Below are positions 63,118 through 64,000 of a stretch of DNA of 64,000 nucleotides, in pieces. Where the stretch lies: NCBI GenBank assembly GCA_902619675.1, contig CACNFA010000002.1, forward strand, positions 11,847 to 75,846. The letters run 5' to 3'. The notes beneath the pieces are model-generated. The model worked only from the letters and a program-made list of their open reading frames with translations, made no database searches and was not told where the DNA came from. The first letter of the stretch is position 1, and every line of letters starts with the position of its first letter. The DNA comes from an uncultured Pelagibacteraceae bacterium. Its GTDB lineage: Bacteria > Pseudomonadota > Alphaproteobacteria > Pelagibacterales > Pelagibacteraceae. A program made the translations under genes and the position numbers.

Positions 63118-63345
63118 ATGGAGTTAGAAGCGGCAAAAATGATTGGAGCAGGTCTTGCAGCAATCGCATTAGCTGGAGCTGGAGTGGGAATTGGAATTAT
63201 TTTCGGTAACTACTTATCTGGAGCTATGAGAAATCCATCCGCAGCTCAAAAACAATTTCCAAACTTGTTGTTGGGATTTGCTTTAGCAGAGGCGACAGGA
63301 TTGTTTGGACTTGTAGTAGCTTTGATTATTTTATTTGCATTTTAG
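63118..63345 (+). CDS. atpE: ATP synthase Fo subunit c
   Basis: GAGVGIG, RNP and FALAEA motifs; strong AGGAGG SD. Confidence 0.98.
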   Translation: MELEAAKMIGAGLAAIALAGAGVGIGIIFGNYLSGAMRNPSAAQKQFPNLLLGFALAEATGLFGLVVALIILFAF

Positions 63346-63355
63346 TAAATCAAGT

Positions 63356-63931
63356 ATGAAAAGTTTGTTTTGTTTAGCAATGGCGATTGGAGCTATTAAT
63401 CAAGATTTATTTGCAGCTGAGGCTGGTATGCCTCAGCTGGATCCAAAGTACTGGGCATCACAGACTTTTTGGCTAATTTTAGTTTTTACAGCTCTTTATA
63501 TTTTAATTTCAAATTTTTACTTACCAAAAATAAAAAGTAATTTAGATAATAGAGAAAATAAAATTAAAGAAGATCTCGAGAATGCAAATAAATTTAAAAA
63601 GCAATCTGAGGTAAAACTGAAAGAATATGAGATAATTCTTGAGAATGCTAAAAAAGAGGTAATTAAAATAAATAATGAGTCAAAAAATATTTTAACTAAA
63701 GACATTCAATCAAAAAAAGAATTAATGGAAAAAGAAATTGAAAAAGAAATTTTAAAAGCACAAAAGGAAATTTCAGAACTTAAAAAAAATTCAATATCCT
63801 CGATTCAAGATATTTCAAAAAATATCGCTTCAAATATTATCGAAAATATATCAGGTGATAAATTAAATGAAAGCAGCATAAAGGCTACTGTGGAAGAAGT
63901 TTCAAAAAAAAATATTAATAAATACTTATGA
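63356..63931 (+). CDS. atpG: ATP synthase Fo subunit b'
   Basis: GMPQLD...SQTFWL, TM and coiled coil. Start probably the ATG at 63356. Confidence 0.9.
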   Translation: MKSLFCLAMAIGAINQDLFAAEAGMPQLDPKYWASQTFWLILVFTALYILISNFYLPKIKSNLDNRENKIKEDLENANKFKKQSEVKLKEYEIILENAKKEVIKINNESKNILTKDIQSKKELMEKEIEKEILKAQKEISELKKNSISSIQDISKNIASNIIENISGDKLNESSIKATVEEVSKKNINKYL

Positions 63932-64000
63932 TATTAGATGCAACTTTCTGGGTGACTATCTCTTTTTTAATTTTTGTTGGCATTTTAATTTATTTTAAGA
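63928..64000 (+). CDS. atpF: ATP synthase Fo subunit b (5' fragment)
   Basis: The ATG at 63928 gives MILDATFWVTISFLIFVGILIYFK; ATGA overlap with b'. Confidence 0.88.
   Translation, partial: MILDATFWVTISFLIFVGILIYFK

Noticed and set aside
1-64000. CRISPR arrays, IS elements, prophage or defence systems, and phase-variable homopolymers
   Set aside because: None were seen. A/T runs are ubiquitous Lys/Phe codon tracts with no frameshifted genes, and ccrM has no neighbouring restriction gene.

Overview
This is a very AT-rich, very compact alphaproteobacterial core-genome segment, most consistent with SAR11/Pelagibacterales (inferred from composition, gene density and gene content). From left to right it holds: the dcw cluster on the minus strand (murB partial, murC, murG, ftsW, murD, mraY, fused murE-murF, ftsI, ftsL, rsmH, ftsZ, mraZ), RNase P RNA, amidase, mlaA/mlaC, tRNA-Ile2, rpoD-dnaG-yqeY, carAB, a 2OG-Fe(II) oxygenase/ELM1-like pair, trxB, aminotransferase, uvrB-SDR-folB-uvrC-pgsA-methyltransferase, ilvE, MarR-OmpR-EnvZ-like regulators, ubiK, lgt to ychF, petABC, trmL-hemF-greA, cca, tRNA-Gln, ispE, TPR protein, udg-rnhB-ccrM, monooxygenase, mutY, dciA-dsbA-smc and the Fo ATP synthase genes. 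I saw no mobile element, prophage or CRISPR array. The most unusual features are an 814-aa SMC with intact heads but no recognisable hinge domain, an ftsZ placed between mraZ and rsmH and overlapping the mraZ stop codon, a MurE-MurF fusion, and extreme packing: two divergent genes start on one ATGCAT palindrome, all seven convergent CDS pairs overlap, and tRNA-Gln ends 7 nt before the cca start. All calls are by eye from motifs and synteny; no searches were run, so novelty is unverified.
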